DNA of 57,418 nucleotides, filler included, from Sphacelaria rigidula (GCA_964200075.2; 6 parts of 6 records of this genome joined end to end with filler, not necessarily neighbours in it); one strand, 5' to 3'. Numbered from the whole stretch's first letter, positions 20,901-35,355 are shown. Made by a program: numbers and translations. The notes: a model not told the origin generated them from the sequence alone.

Positions 20901-23900
20901 GAGAAAAAAGACAAGTGCTGGGTGCAGCATTCACGAAAACATAGTATTGCTCTCGGGTGTGGTTTGATGATTGACGATATTAGTACAGCTTTTGCTTCAC
21001 AGCCACGTTGAGCAATGGAAACCGACAGGACAAGCCAGTGCTGGCCCGCTAGATTCTGTGTTTTAGTAGGCAAACCATACTCGGCTCAAAAACGTCCAAA
21101 AATGACGTCAAGTGACTGATCTTACAGGCATTCGGATTCTTGTAAGAACATCTTAGGACCACTTTTAGCAGCCACTTCGTTGTGTGCGAAGTACAAATGA
21201 ATGCAAAATGCGGGCGGCCAACTAAATAGCAGAATACGTCATCAGACTCGTGCAGGTACCTTCAAACCGCAAATTGCCGGCAATCTTTCTTTGAACGAAC
21301 CCCAGCATACGCCAGACGGGGAACCCGCATGACGTGAATCGGACCAGCCATTCAGCATTCAGATCTCCGCGCACGACGGCTTCAAAGTTGGGGCTCAGAG
21401 TTCGTAGGGTGTACAAGCGCTGCAAAAGTCCGACCCTCATAGTAGGCGAGACCATCCTGACACCAGAGGCCAAGCGCCCCGCAGAGACCTCAATCGGCAG
21501 AGGTCGCTTCGCAAGACAGAAGAGGTCAAGCGGTTCACGAAGACCTGAAGCGGAGGGAGTGCCATCAAAGCAGATCACAGCACAGCACACAACACAGCAC
21601 AGTAGTGCCGCTATTTCACCACCTCACCACCACCTGCCGTAGCGATCGCCCCGACAGTCAGCCGCCATATACATATTTAAAAATTTCATGATGCTGGGCA
21701 GCGCAGTCAGAACTACCCACACCTTTCCGTTGGAAGAACTTCTACATCATGTCTCAATACAGCACGGACTCCTGCACGACTTGAGCTGGACTTCCGGCTA
21801 CGATCGTACAGTAGGACTGTCGGTGCTGCCATACCCACCAACGCCGAAAGGCCGCTGCAGTGCTCTTGTCCTCTGCTCACTAATTTGTAAGGGTTCCTTA
21901 TTTGCAACGTAGAGCCTTTGATTGCGCTAATTTGCGTTGACAGAAATTTGCATGATTTGCACCCAAAAAGTGGTTGCCAGAACTGCCCTAAAATTACAAT
22001 ACGTTAGAGCCCTTGATTGTCACGTGATTGAATCGGTCACACAAGGGCAAATTCTAACAACGACTGCTTTCTTGTGTAATCAAGTGCAAAAGTCAACACC
22101 TTGAAGACACTGAAAACGTTTTGCGGAAAACACTTTGAAGTTCGTGTTGTTTGCTCGGTGTTCCGATTGTTGCCGCAGGACATCTCAGGGCTCTCGTATT
22201 GACAGGCAAGGTGCAATCGAGGGCGCGCACGCTCCCATGCATGCTATACACGCAAACTTGACATAATTTCCCATGAATATAATAATCGAGTGTGGAATTT
22301 AAGTTGAATAATTTGCGCGGAAAACATGGATAGGGCAAGTCGCACTAACATGGCGGAAACACACCTTGCTTTTTTTGCCACATCAAATTGTAGTGGTGAG
22401 CGAACTCCGACACGTGCGAAAAAATGTCGAGGCATATATTTTGCTGTCCACAAAAGGGAATGGAAGCAACCGGAAAAAGTAAAGTGAGCGCTCAAAATCG
22501 GCAAATATATGGTGGCGACAGAAACGTTGGCGCCTGAAAAAAATAGGGCGAACAATTGTACCTTTCCGCTTTGGCTAATTTAGGTTACATCTTACGGGGA
22601 TATGGATGTTCCTCACGGGTGTTTTTGAAAAAATAATCGGCCCACATGGCGATTTGTTTGAATTTTCATGAAATCATCAAATAGCCCACGTACTCACAGC
22701 TGACAATTACTCAAACATGCGAGTAGCGATGATGGAAATCAGAACTCTTGCAAAACGTACCGCGAACACTTGCATAGTTTTCATCCCAAAAGTTGCTGCT
22801 ACAACTGACCCTGAGACCCAGTTTCAGCACCCATTTGTTGTGCAAACTACAAATGGGTGAAAGTTATGGGAGACAGCAGAATATTCTAGCACGCACGTAT
22901 AGGTAGGCACGTGGAAATTACAACTTAGGGGGACCTACGAGGCCGGGAAAACATGTGCAGGTGGTTTTCATACAGGAAGAAACCCCACACACTCCTTTAG
23001 TCCGAGCTGCCACTACGATCGTAAGGACCCTCGGCGCCCTGATACCCATCAAAGTCGTGAGGCGGCTGCAGGGGCTGCTCGTGTCCTCTGTCTACTGGTT
23101 TGTACTGTCTCCTAATTCGCACGGTAACTTACATCCCCATGAGAGAGAGCCCTTGATTTGAAGTGATTCGCATCGATATCGAGATATGCACAATAATTTG
23201 CACCCAAATATGGCTGCTAGAACTGTCTCTAAATTACACGCTAGGCACACACACTCCATCGTAGAAGAGGGGTGTAAAGCCGTGCGTTTTGGAGCCCTTG
23301 ACTGGCACTAACTTGCGTTGGTGTACGATAGCAGTCATAATTTGCATGTTTTTCACCCCAGTATTGCGTGAGGGCAGGTCATCTATCTTTCATGCAGCTT
23401 CAAACGCCCCCGCGAGAACCGTGGATGATGAACATCATGCATTACGAGCAAAGGTTCGCACACGTGGTGCACGTATCAGTGGATCACAAGACCACCTAGA
23501 CGGCTCGAGCGAAGGCAGGAAGATCGCGATGTGTTATGTACGCAGGCCACGAGGTAGTACTCCAAGCTTGGCTGAAGGTGTCACCGTGCGCAACGAGATA
23601 GAAAGGAATTTGTTAGAACTGGGGTGCATGCCACTCCCCCTGTCCCAACCCGCCTTGTGATACTCTAAGGGCTTGTTGCGCCCGCGTTACGACATGGTCC
23701 AGGACACGTGTTGCGTTTCCGCACTCGAGGGATGGATCATGTGTTTTGCACAACGAAAGGGTTCGCGGGATTTTATGGAGGTAGCCCCTGGAGCGGCTCG
23801 TTTGAGGTTGGGAGAGTTTGAATGTGGGACATTTGCGATTACAACACGGTACATTTACTTTTCAGGACCGTGCTGTCTGTGCTGTGCATGTCTCCGGTAC

Positions 23901-24437
23901 ATGACAGGCAGTGTCAAAGCCTCTGGCCTACAGCGCTGAACTATGCTGTGCCGTACCACGCTATACCGTGCTGTAGTGTACGGACAGCACTTGCGGAAGT
24001 AGCGATGCGGCAGAGCGTTGTGATCGACCCCTTTTACATCGGCCAGTCCCTTCCACTGCGTTTGCAACATGTAAATGCTAACGATCAGCAGAAGCCGGTG
24101 GTGCTAAAAAAATGCTTCTATTTGATGCAGAGAAATCGCGGCGCATGCTAATCTTGCAGCATGAACGACGGAGAAAACGGAGAATACTTGCCCAGAGTGA
24201 GAGACCCACGGCGCGTCAACCCCACTGGGTCGATATCGAGTCTATCGTGGCCGTTGGAAAAACGTTCGGAAGAGAACAATTGCGATAGCACTGCTATCAG
24301 GACGAACGGCTTGGCCCGTGGAAAAATGCGGTTCGATGAGGGTCAGGGCGAGGAAGCAGTGCATACATTCAAGAAGTGGAAAGAGTTCCATTCGCTCACG
24401 TTCCGAGACCGTTGAAACAGAATTGCAAGGAAACTCG

Positions 24438-24643
24438 TTTGTATTGTTTGTCCTGTCGTGCAGAGAAATTGGCTCAACGAAATTGAGATTACCTGATCCC
24501 ATACGTCCGCGTCATTTGCTGCTGACTGCTTCCCTTTTTCTTTGTATTGTCTGTCCTGTAGTGCAGAGAAATTGGCTCAACGAAATTGAGATTATCTGAT
24601 CTCGTACGTCCGCGTCATTTGCTGCTGACTGCTTCACTTTTTT
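24438..24643. repeat. Tandem duplication, 103-bp unit x2
   Basis: TTTGTATTGT(T/C)TGTCCTGT...GCAGAGAAATTGGCTCAACGAAATTGAGATTA...GCTGACTGCTTC starts at 24438 and 24541. Confidence 0.9.
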
Positions 24644-27600
24644 TTCGTCGTTTTTGCTCTTTCTACCGAAAAGGTCCACGACAGAACTCTCAGCTTTTCG
24701 AGCGAGACTTCAGCCTAAAGCACTGTCACACCAATCAGAAAAAAAGCCGCCCGGTTGTCATGTGCCACAGTTGGAAGCGTGTGCTCGGTATTTCAACGCG
24801 TGCCCCGGTACCTACAGACACTCACACCTGGCACCGGGACACCGTCAGAGGTAGTCACAGGTCACAGCAGTACGGCCCATTATCTCTCAGCGGCGTTGGC
24901 GGGATACTAGGGCGAACAACGGCACTCTTCAATCTTCGTGGAAGTCTGTCACGATTGTCTACAAAAACATTGGTTTGAAGTCGCACATTTGCACAATAAC
25001 GGACACTGTTGCTTCGGTTTGTCACCGATCGACATGGATTCCAGCACACAATCAATGAGTCGATTGAGAAGTTCGGTCTTCGCTATCGGGCGCTGTATCG
25101 GATGCAGTATGTCTCGTGATCACCGTGTGAACAACGCTGAGGCGCGGAGTTCTATTCGCCATTGGCTGGTAACATCTGCCGCATTTCTTCGTTGTGCATC
25201 TGCATATATATTCGCTCGGACCCAAAGCGCGAAATCCGGCACCGAAAAATAATCAGTTTTGCTTTTTCGTCGACCCAATTTGTTTTTACAAGATCTCTGT
25301 GCTCCATGTCGGTGACCAAGGCACACGGTGGAGGGCTTCAAGAACCCGATCGCCGGTATCCAGCGGAGACCATGCGAACGGCGTGGTCGCGCATGTCAAC
25401 ACAGCCGTCATCGCATCGGATGGTTGGATGCCTGACATGGAAATGCCCCACAATCCCATGCAAAAACGCACAAACGCACAAAGACGCGCACCCGACGCCC
25501 GAAGAGGAACTCTTTCGAACTTCTTCATATCAGCGTCGAGGCGGAAGAAAAGCACAACAGAGTCAGCCGCAATCTACGGATGATGAGCCGTGGCACAAGC
25601 AACAGCTTTCGGCTCTGGCGCACGGAATTCGGGCTAAGAACAATACGGCCGGAAACTCACATCCACTTGGGGTTGCCCGTGCACCATGCCGCGCGGAAGG
25701 AGTAGCCTGCACATTCACAAGAAGGGGTATAAACTCCCGTGAGACACCGAGGCAAGCGGTCGGCTCCGGCGAGTTCCCTAAAGCCAACACGTTCGATAGC
25801 CTCCGCATTAACTACAGCGCGAAAGAAGAACAAGAACGGTCACCGACACCTTGCCGGCGCTGAAAGGACCACAGCAACGCTTCAAGGCACAGATTCGGCG
25901 GTGGTTCAGTCCTCCACAGGAAGCAGGTGTATGTGTCGCATCACATTCCCCGTTGTTGACAGCGAGCATTACCGTCGCTCGTGTGGCAACGAGCACGACC
26001 CAAATGCCCAGCTGTATAGTGCCCATCACCGACCGGGTCCTGGCGGCGGTACGTGGTGTCACATTGGCCCGGAGCGAGTCACCGCAAGCGCAAATTGGTA
26101 GCCTCATACGGAGACGATGATAGGCTGTGGCCACAGGCACTTGTGAAGGGTTTCTGGCCGATTTCAGAATGCCTGTGCAGCAGAAAAGACTGTTTCATTA
26201 CTTTATTGTACATGCATCAAGTTTGCAGCACCAGGCAATCACGGGTGTGGTGTGCACTGTGCGACTACTCTCTGACGGGGCGGTGCAAGAGTGTTGGCCC
26301 GCAACACTGCGATGGAATGGTCGGATATTTCACGCGGGATGGCCTCGGGTAGCTCCCGAGTAGGGAGGAGACCAAAGGAGAGCATAAACTTTACCCCGGA
26401 TACGAATTATCTCTGTTCACGCTACCAAATGTATCACAGGCAGCGGAATGATTCAGATAAACAGCTGCCCTCCATGCCAGCGGTCGCTAGTGTCACAGTT
26501 GCCCCCACGCCTGCTATGTGGCAGTGCTGCGCCCCTAGGTGCATCGCGGAGAGCGCTGTGATTTGTTGGAACAATGCTAAAGGCAAACCACTGTATTTAA
26601 CACATGGTGTGCGCAGCAACCACTGTTTTCCTCGTGAGACCGTCGTGGTACCCGGCCACGTGAATCTGGCGCTGTAGACGTTCCCCCTCCTCGAACAGCT
26701 CCACAGTGGTCCTTGCCACAAGTTACACTGTTCTGTTCGGTTCGGCTGGACGGCCGTCTCTTGCTCGGCACGGCGCCTAAACGCCAATGTAATCTCTCTC
26801 TAAGATATGGAGAACCTTACCTCGTGGTTATTTCCAGTCTTGGTGCCAGCCTCGACCGACAGGGCCAATGTAAACAACAACGCTAGCAAGATCTGCCGCT
26901 GCCTCCGTGTAAATTTCATATCGTTTCCCTCTAGAATTGTCATCAGAAGGTGATCTAACTTTCGGAATTACCACAGCATCGTGCATAGTCATCCTTTAAG
27001 CCACGTAATGCACAAAACGCTTTGGGTCGCCGAAACTGCTCCGTTAACACCTACCTGCGGCCTGAAGCTGCACATAGGTAAAGTTTCAGCACCTTCGGAC
27101 GCCAGGTGTGCTGTGTTAGGACGCCTAATCTCCAAAAACACCGCCTCAATATTATTAAAAAGGAATAACACTGATAGAACCCGCGTAAATCCCGGGAGAT
27201 TTGTTGTTTTTCGAGGAGCCCTATCGTTCGTCTCCTAACCTCAGGGATGTAAGACTCTTGGATAAAACACCACGCAGCTCTTCGTTTATTCAGGACTGGC
27301 CTCGACGAGACATCCATATAATCGTCTAAGTCACGCCGTATTTCGATCGACACCGACACGTCTTGTAAACCAATCATTTACGACCTTGTAAGTTGCCGCA
27401 ATAGTATCGTGTCCTACTTTATTCCACATCATCGATAGGTTCTAAATCACAGAAGAGGGAACTGCGGGAAGAGGTTTGTTGCAATAGGCTTTAGATCGCG
27501 TGCAGCAATGACCATTGGTAGCCACAATATTATCTGAATCGTGTCCATTCAATGGGTATTGATGGCCACAGTAGTATTTGGATCGCGTCCATCAAATGCT

Positions 27601-28190
27601 ATCGCTGGCCATAGTCCCATCTCTGGTTCTGCATTGGTCCCGTGCGCCACTACCTGCTCCTTGCGCTTCCTTTGCTTTGCGAACCATCGCATCTGAATAT
27701 AACCGTTCGACCACCAGGGTAGGTTATCTGGGTTACGCAGTAATTTCTCAAGTGAAAGTGATGGCGATTCAACATACGACCTGCCCTGACGGTCAAAGGG
27801 AGTGCCGCTCGTTGAAGAAGTGATCCAGATGATAGCGGTAGGGGTGGTCATGCGGCAATGACCGCATGCTATACTTGCCATTATCCCAGGGTGCACACAT
27901 GGAGCTCGAGTGTGTACCCAAGGGGCCTTACAGACTGGAGTACGTTATTCACCGCCCCCAATTCCCGAAAACCTCAATATGGGCGACGGGGGGTACCCCA
28001 TTTTGGAGGGGTATGTACCCCCCCTGATCAGATGGATAATGACGGTAGTAGTAGGTACTGTACTGTGCAGGACGTGCATGAACGGCTTTTCTCGGCTTGT
28101 GCCAGGCTTGTGTACAAGCTGTGTATGCTATGGGTGCACAGCAGGTGGTATGGGCACGTCGAGCCTTGGCTGAGCAACGCCTGTATTTTC

Positions 28191-28416
28191 TGTGTCTGTG
28201 TCTGTGTTGTCGTCCCATCTGTTCTGGACGCCAGTCTACACCTCTCGGTATATATGGGCGCATAAGCCGGGGTCACACAGGAAGGCCGACACAGGAGTTG
28301 TTCTTTTTTATTTGTTTAGTTCTCCACCTCCCTGCTGCGGTGCTTCCCTTATTTTTCTTTTGTCGACAGAGGGGTTCAGCACTCCCTTTCCCTCGTCGAC
28401 CGTGAGGTCGAATTTA
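28191..28416 (-). mobile_element. 5'-truncated tRNA-SINE copy
   Basis: Reverse complement of the 3' two-thirds of 54305-54637. Confidence 0.8.
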
Positions 28417-28660
28417 ATTGGAGCAGATTATGCCAGCACGGAAAAAGGATACAACAGAACTGTGACTTGTTGGCTACTTTCTTTAGCGACACCATCTTCA
28501 CGAGATTCTCATTTTTCGCTTCTACCTGTGTTGCTGTGCAGTATGCCGACCTTTAGAGATTGCACCTCGACAGCAGTTCGGACACGGGCACTGCCTGAGC
28601 GGGCACCACGTGATCACCCTTGAATCATCCACAAGTGGTTGACACCATGGGAGTACTGTC

Positions 28661-28760
28661 NNNNNNNNNNNNNNNNNNNNNNNNNNNNNNNNNNNNNNNN
28701 NNNNTTAATTAATTAANNNNNNNNNNNNNNNNNNNNNNNNNNNNNNNNNNNNNNNNNNNN
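28661..28760. other. Artificial contig spacer
   Basis: 44 N + TTAATTAATTAA + 44 N. Confidence 0.98.
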
Positions 28761-29865
28761 GAAGAAATCGTGAATTTGGTGATTTTGAGTCGTGATTATT
28801 TGTCCTAACCGTGAAAGGTTTGCAGATCATACCTCAGATACGCGGACCATCTCTTAGACTCCATAGACCAAGGACTTCACTCAAAACACAATAGCAGGGA
28901 GTAGTGAAACTTTTCATGTGCTCTCCACAGAGTGGCACAACAGTATGTGTCACACGCCGACGATACGGAGACAGTAGCAGCCTTTGCCCAAACGCGAAAC
29001 GATTGAAGCGCGTTGTTATGTACAGTGCAAGTCGCGGTGTTTACTCCAGTGCAGTACTGTACATTACTGTCAACGTTAGATTTCTCAACTTTGACTGAAA
29101 ATAAGAAAAACTACCTTCATAACGGGGGTGGGGGCGAGATGGGTCACGAGACGAAGGGGGGGAAGGGAGCTCGAGTGCAAGGACAAACATAAACAGGTTT
29201 CGCACACGAAGGGCTTCGGAAAACGAGCTGTTCGAGGTACCGCTTGGAATGTCTCCGCTCCGCAAACCGTGTACACGCAGACATGCAGACCGAGAGGTAT
29301 TTCAAGGGCCGTGTCGTACTCGACATGTCTCTTCTGCACTCACCGGTGTGCTCTCAAAAGCGAATGATTTTCAGCAGTACGCAACAAACACGAAACAAAG
29401 CATGAATAAAAATGGATCCATTACTACGCACAGTAACAACAGCAACAACAGCAGTACCAGCAATAGTACGAATGAGTAAAATGAGCAAATTGCAAATGCG
29501 TATGCATGATCCAGCGTGTCTGTGCGCGCAAGAGAGAGGGAGAGAGAGAGGGAGAGAGAGAGGGAGGGGGGGGGGGGTAAAAAGCACGGTTCGGACAAAT
29601 CACCGCCGGTTCGAATCACTAAATCCACGATTTCATAGGCCTGATTGCTCGAAAGAGAATTTTTTCGACCGCTGATCGAAAAGGTCTCCACGCATTCTTT
29701 GCGCCATTCCACGTGCCTGGGGTGCGCGTACCTGGGTTGCAACGCTGAAAACAGAGCGTAAGAATTGATTCGTACGGTAGGAATCAACTACACCAAAATC
29801 AAGTAATTTTCAGACGAATCACTACTTTGTCTGAACCTTGAAATACGGAGGGAAAAACAACAAAC

Positions 29866-29961
29866 CTTAGCCTTGCGGAACTTGTCGAGGTGGATCGATC
29901 TGGCCTCCTGGTCCATGGCTCCGTACACGACGCTGCTCATCATTCCTACCTCTTTCAGCAA
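29866..29961 (-). CDS. DDX54: DEAD-box RNA helicase DDX54/DBP10, internal exon (5th visible; gene continues off contig)
   Basis: CAG|LLKEVGMMSSVVYGAMDQEARSIHLDKFRKAK|GTTTGT, 96 nt. Confidence 0.88.
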
Positions 29962-30515
29962 CTGCACGCCCAAATTGAAAATAGAACGAAACAAAAGCAT
30001 CGAGGCAGAAAAAAACAAATGCACATGGTTTGTTCGATACTGTTGTCTTCACATTAAAAAACCGTTCCGATTTCTCCGTAAAATAGTACTCCGTACTGCG
30101 CATCTGATGGGGACGCCTTCCGCGGTCACAAGCTAACCACCCCAAGCTAGGGTAAAATAGAATAAAAACAGACCAGGATTCGGGGAAATTCAGTCACAAG
30201 TCACACAGCCAGGGAAAAGTGCGTACATCACTTACGTGTGTGGGGGGAGTATCATGAGCCCAACCCCCGTTGACCGCAAATCTCTCGGGATTCTCCGCGG
30301 AGGAGCACTCACACATTACAATCAAGTCACAGAGTGTTCGCATTTGCCCGCGTTGGCCCACTGAAAAATAACAAGTATCTCGCGGTCAAAGGATTCACGC
30401 CTACGAGAAAACGGCAATCACTGCCACCACCACTAACAAGAACAACTGTAACGACAACGGCATTTCCCCTCAACATGAAGCGAGAATTCGATTTCCTACT
30501 GTAGTAGTAGCATGC

Positions 30516-30648
30516 CTCGTGGATGAACTCTGCATGGTGCCGAGTAGCGACGAAGATGATCGTCATGTCGTCTGGGGGGATGACTTCCCTCAGCAGGAAC
30601 AGCAGGGCCGCGGGCTTGTCCGCGCTCCGACAGGTAAAAAACGCAAGG
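30516..30648 (-). CDS. DDX54: DDX54/DBP10 internal exon (4th visible), GC donor
   Basis: CAG|C+LAFFTCRSADKPAALLFLLREVIPPDDMTIIFVATRHHAEFIHE|GCATGC; motif IV variant ATxHH is typical of DDX54; phase matches the upstream exon. Confidence 0.88.
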
Positions 30649-30902
30649 CTGACAACAGAGCGCACGAGCAGCGACCGGAGAAGACAGAGAGGAGACACCG
30701 AGAAGGACACGCACACAGACATACAGCGATAGAAAACGCCATGAAAATATCAATAGAAGCTAAGCCCTCCCCCCCCCCTGCCTTGAAAACAACAGCAAGC
30801 ACACCACAAGGATTTGATGCCAAATTTGGAGAGCACAACGACAAATGGCATCCTTGGTTTCTAAGCACTACAGCTAATTCTACCCCCCGCCACCCACCAT
30901 GC

Positions 30903-31207
30903 GATGCTCCGTCTCGAAAGGGATGCATGGTCAACGGTCAAACGACTAAGGCAAGCAACAAATGGGTACGCCCTCCCCCAATGGTCAAATGACTAAGGCA
31001 AGCAACAAATGAGTACGCCCCCCCCCACCACCATGCGAGGTCAATGGTCTGATGACTATGGCATGCATGATCATGTGAAACCCCCCCCCCTCCCCAAGCC
31101 CGATCGATTGCGAGCCTCGTCCGGCAAAACCCGGCGTGCTCCGTCCCGGCTTTGAAGGGATGCGAGGTCCATGGTCGTATGACTACTTCAAGATCATGAG
31201 TATATGC
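30903..31207 (+). mobile_element. Cluster of four LINE 3' ends (two family A, two family B) separated by C-tracts, in a DDX54 intron
   Basis: Family A at 30903-30970 and 30980-31030; family B (ATGCGAGGTC(A/C)ATGGTC..TGACTA..ATCATG) at 31033-31090 and 31108-31207. Confidence 0.7.
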
Positions 31208-31372
31208 GTACAACCACTCAACCTGTCCTCCCCGCTCCAGTCTCACCTGCTGACACGATACAGCAGCAAGCCACTACCCCATCATCCCAACACACATATT
31301 CAACTGCCGAGTCTGCGTTCTGCCAGCCACCCTCACCAATCTTTCCTCACTACGATAGTTTTGACATACGTA

Positions 31373-31374
<2 letters not shown>

Positions 31375-31424
<50 letters not shown>

Positions 31425-31500
31425 GTCATCCCATCTATTTTGGACGCCACTCTACACTTTTCAGTATATGTGGGCGTATCCGCCAGGGTCACATGGGAGT
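31375..31500 (-). mobile_element. tRNA-SINE 3' fragment with long (AC)n tail
   Basis: (GT)n then TGTCATCCCATCTATTTTGGACGCC..., the reverse complement of the SINE 3' end. Confidence 0.8.
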
Positions 31501-31960
31501 TTTTACTCTCAATTCTATTACCGATACTCCCCCCCCCTCCCAATCCCTACACACCTCTTCAACTTCCGAGTCTAATTGATTTGGTTTCATTCAAATTAAT
31601 TTGAATGAGTCGTACTTCATGTTCTATAATACCAGTAACTGTCAACGGTTGCTCTGGATTAAAACCTTCAACACGAAATCACAGTAAAACCTATAACACG
31701 CAAAAATCATAAACACACGCACACTACATCACACATCACGCACCATACAGATTCTATACACAACACAGTATATCACACAGCACACACTACATCACACCCT
31801 TTGTACCACGGATTTGTGACCACGGGCTCTATATTTCTGGAAAAAGAGGTTAATGTGAGGAACATCAACATCAACATAAGATTGGAGTACAAGTCACATG
31901 GCATCATACAAGACACATGACACCAGACGACATACTCTGCGGTGCGCGCGATAGACACAC

Positions 31961-32202
31961 CTTAGCTCGGTGCTGATTTTGCTTTCCGTGTCAAGTCGGA
32001 TAAGGGCGGGGTCCTTGAGGCCCGCCCGGGCGAACTGCACCAGCTGCTTGGGCATAGTGGCCGAGAACAGCAGGGACTGCCGCTCTTCAGGGACGCCCTT
32101 CATGATCTCTCTCAGCTGCTCGGCGAAGCCCATCTCGAACAGTCGATCGGCCTCGTCGAACACGATGATCTCCACACTACCCAGGGTGAATTCTGGCACT
32201 TC
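31961..32202 (-). CDS. DDX54: DDX54/DBP10 internal exon (DEAD and SAT motifs)
   Basis: TAG|EVPEF...[13 protein letters not shown]...[37 protein letters not shown]+AG|GTGTGT, 242 nt. Confidence 0.95.
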
Positions 32203-32798
32203 CTATTCAAACAAGGAGGATTTTCTTTTTAATGAAAAATGTGGAGTTTTTGCCGAATATTTCTGGGGGGGAGGGGGGAAGTAAACAAAACCATTGAATT
32301 CCCCGGACTCGAGAAGCCGCCGGCCGGAGTCGGCTTGGGGACGCGAGACGCATTTGCCATTTCTGTTTCTTCCTTTGTTCTGATTGTTTTATGATATGTT
32401 TTATGATATTTTTTCCCACAAAAAAAAAAACACGTAAATCAACAACGGCGGTCGAAAGTATCGAATAGGCAAGTTCGACCCTTCGTGACGCAAAGCTTTA
32501 TTAATACCATGTAGACCTTTACTCTTCACCTACAATACATGTACGTATATATATATATATATATACATTTCCTGCGGAATCTCAAACTGCGACAATATTT
32601 TTGTTTATTGAAATCGGGCACAAAAAAATTGCGCTTGGATTGAACCTTCAGACCCACCGGAGAATGACCACGTACATACACACATACATACATACATACA
32701 TACAAATACAGCCAAGGTGTTATTTCTCAACAGGCTAAATCGAGCGCGATGCATTCATCCACATACATGTTGCTGGTGTTGTAGGTACGGCAGCTCAC

Positions 32799-32951
32799 CT
32801 GCAAATGGTGCATGAGACGACCGGGGGTCGCGATGATTATGTCGGGGTTATCAGCGAGGGCGGTGAACTGCTTGTCCATGCTGTCGCCTCCCACTAACAG
32901 AGCCATCCGGAGGTTCTTAAATTTTGACATCTTGCGCGCGAACGTCAGCGT
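32799..32951 (-). CDS. DDX54: DDX54/DBP10 internal exon (GG doublet, motif Ib)
   Basis: [14 protein letters not shown]...[11 protein letters not shown]...[23 protein letters not shown], 153 nt. Confidence 0.95.
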
Positions 32952-34359
32952 CTTGATAAAATAGAACATAAAAATGAGAAGCAAAAGTGCGAAAAAAAAA
33001 ATGGTCATAGAATGATGTATGTTAATACTTTCGAGAACGACCAGAGTGAGCTAACCGGGGGCGAGGGTCCATCGTGAATGGGGACCATTTTCACTGGGAA
33101 ACGACTCAATATGACGCCGATTCACAAAATGGACGCTGCGTGCACACCAGCTCTTCACACCTGGTTATTGGGGTTCCGGTCTCAAAAGGGTTGGCCTTTA
33201 GACTGCGAGGGTAGTCCGGCTGGATCATGCATACTCTTTTGGATGTTGAATTGATGCCGATGTATAAGATACCCTACTCTCGCTGTCTAGGGGTTAAGGA
33301 ATACCGTATATCTGACACTTTCTCCATGATGCGGGCGTGGGGGATTGGGGTGAGGGAGGTCGGTAGATACAACCGGGGCGAACGAGATGGCGCTCTCCAC
33401 TACACCCGGGTACACGTGAACATGGTATTTCAAGGTGCAACACTCGCAAAATGGCGAGACCTAAGTGCGATTGTATCAAGATCTTCTGGATGTTCTGTCG
33501 CATTTTGTGGCCACGACCCGCGAGTAACGTGGAGGACAGGAGGTGACCGACTGCCCAGCAAAAAAAAATGTGGATTCAAAAATTCCCCCAAGTTTTGCGT
33601 TGAGTCGTAGGCATTAGTACGCCACTTGCTGTCGTGAAGTTTACGGTGGCTGCACCGCAAGGTCGCACCCGATTGTACGGGTTTCACATGCGCTACCAGA
33701 TCATGGAATATCAAAGATGCATCAAAAGATCGCACAGGTGGTCAAGAACAAAACCCACCTGTATCTATATCCATACAGCTATATCTCATATTTTTGTTTT
33801 GTTTCGTCTCCCGTTTTTTTTGTTCAGATTACTCCATTTCCATCTGTTTTCCTTCGTCTTCTCCCTGGCTCGAGTTTCCTTTGGCAAGTATTTCCGTTTT
33901 TACTTCAACTTGGGGCGCGTCTACCGTGCGACCACGTCTTGGAAACAAAATACCCCCTCTTGAGCGACGAAATCGGCCTGCCGCAAGAGAAGGCATTTGT
34001 GTCACCCGTCCAAAAAAAAACGCACTACTGTATCAACACCATCGCGCGGCTCTTCAGTGCGATATACTCGTACACTCAGGATGCGCGCCAACCAACCACA
34101 TGAACATGAAATGGGTAATAGATATAAATCGTACAGTGGTACTGTACATCACGTTCACAGGTTTGGTGGTGGTACCATCGCGACCAGACGGCGACACACA
34201 AAAGACATCAAAAATGAATGCAGGACATGACAGCAAAACACTCTATGTGATTGATTCAAGTACATAATCTGAAACTTTTGTAGAAGAATACAAATAAAAA
34301 AAACGAAGCGAGAAGCAAAAACAATTTGCCGTGGACACAATTAGGGTACGTTACAGTAC

Positions 34360-34572
34360 CTGGACAGCGAGCTCGCGAGTAGGGGACAAAATAATAGATC
34401 GAACGCCAACTTTGGGGCTATGCTGGCCCAGTTTCTCCAGCACGGGAACCAGAAACGCCGCGGTTTTTCCCGACCCCGTCCTGGCCATGACCACCACATC
34501 CGCGCCCGCGAGTGTCACCGGCAGTGACTTACGCTGCACCGGCGTTGGGACTTTGTACCCCATGGCCATGAT
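34360..34572 (-). CDS. DDX54: DDX54/DBP10 internal exon (Q motif, Walker A, motif Ia); first exon not found
   Basis: [21 protein letters not shown]...[12 protein letters not shown]...[16 protein letters not shown], 213 nt. Confidence 0.95.
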
Positions 34573-35355
34573 CTGGAAAGTGGAGAAGGGGGCGGGTTGG
34601 GGTGACGAAAAGTTCGTAAGAGACAAGACGCGTGGGGCACGCATGACGGCATTTATCGTTGTTTCCAAAGGCAATTTTTTACGCAACAGGAGGGGCGGAG
34701 CGTGCTCTGTACTGTACTGTACTGCGCGGGGAATATGACCGCTGATACATGAGTTGGATATCCATAGTCTGTTTCGTTCGGCTGCGTACTATCGTCATTC
34801 GATGAGAAACTCCTGGACCTGAAGACACACCGCGTGGATCGCTGAGCGGGCAGACGGTGGTATGGACCGAACCCCGGTTGTTTTCCATCACCGCCATGCC
34901 TAGCGGGTATCCTGCACGCGGGGGGGGTGATCCCGCGGTAGCTTGGATCGACGAGGACATACTGAAGCCCGAATAGCGCCCTTTCCAACCCACGCTTGCT
35001 TTTTGGTCTGCTCCAATAGGTGTGGGGTGTGGGGATAAGAGGAAGAGGTAGGGTTTGCGGTGGAGGTGCTTGCCTCAATCCGGATAAAGGGCACCTGTAT
35101 ACCTGGACACAGGCCTCGAACAACCATGAGGATAGGTCAGCGGCCGGATCGCGTGGCCGCATACCTCGTCACTTTTGGCCCCTCTCGGGTACAACGGTCC
35201 GCGAGTTTTTCTTGATGGCCAATACAGCTTTAAAATATTCTCATTCCCGCCATGTCGTCACCGGCGTAACGAACTCTGTCTGACGGCCATATCGATGGTG
35301 GATAGTCACGGCAAGATGCAGCCGTGACTAGAGCAAGGCACCAAAGTCGCATTAA

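Noticed and set aside
25162-27900. Several 100-230-aa ORFs in contig 3
   Set aside because: No recognisable domains or exon structure; probably decayed repeat sequence.
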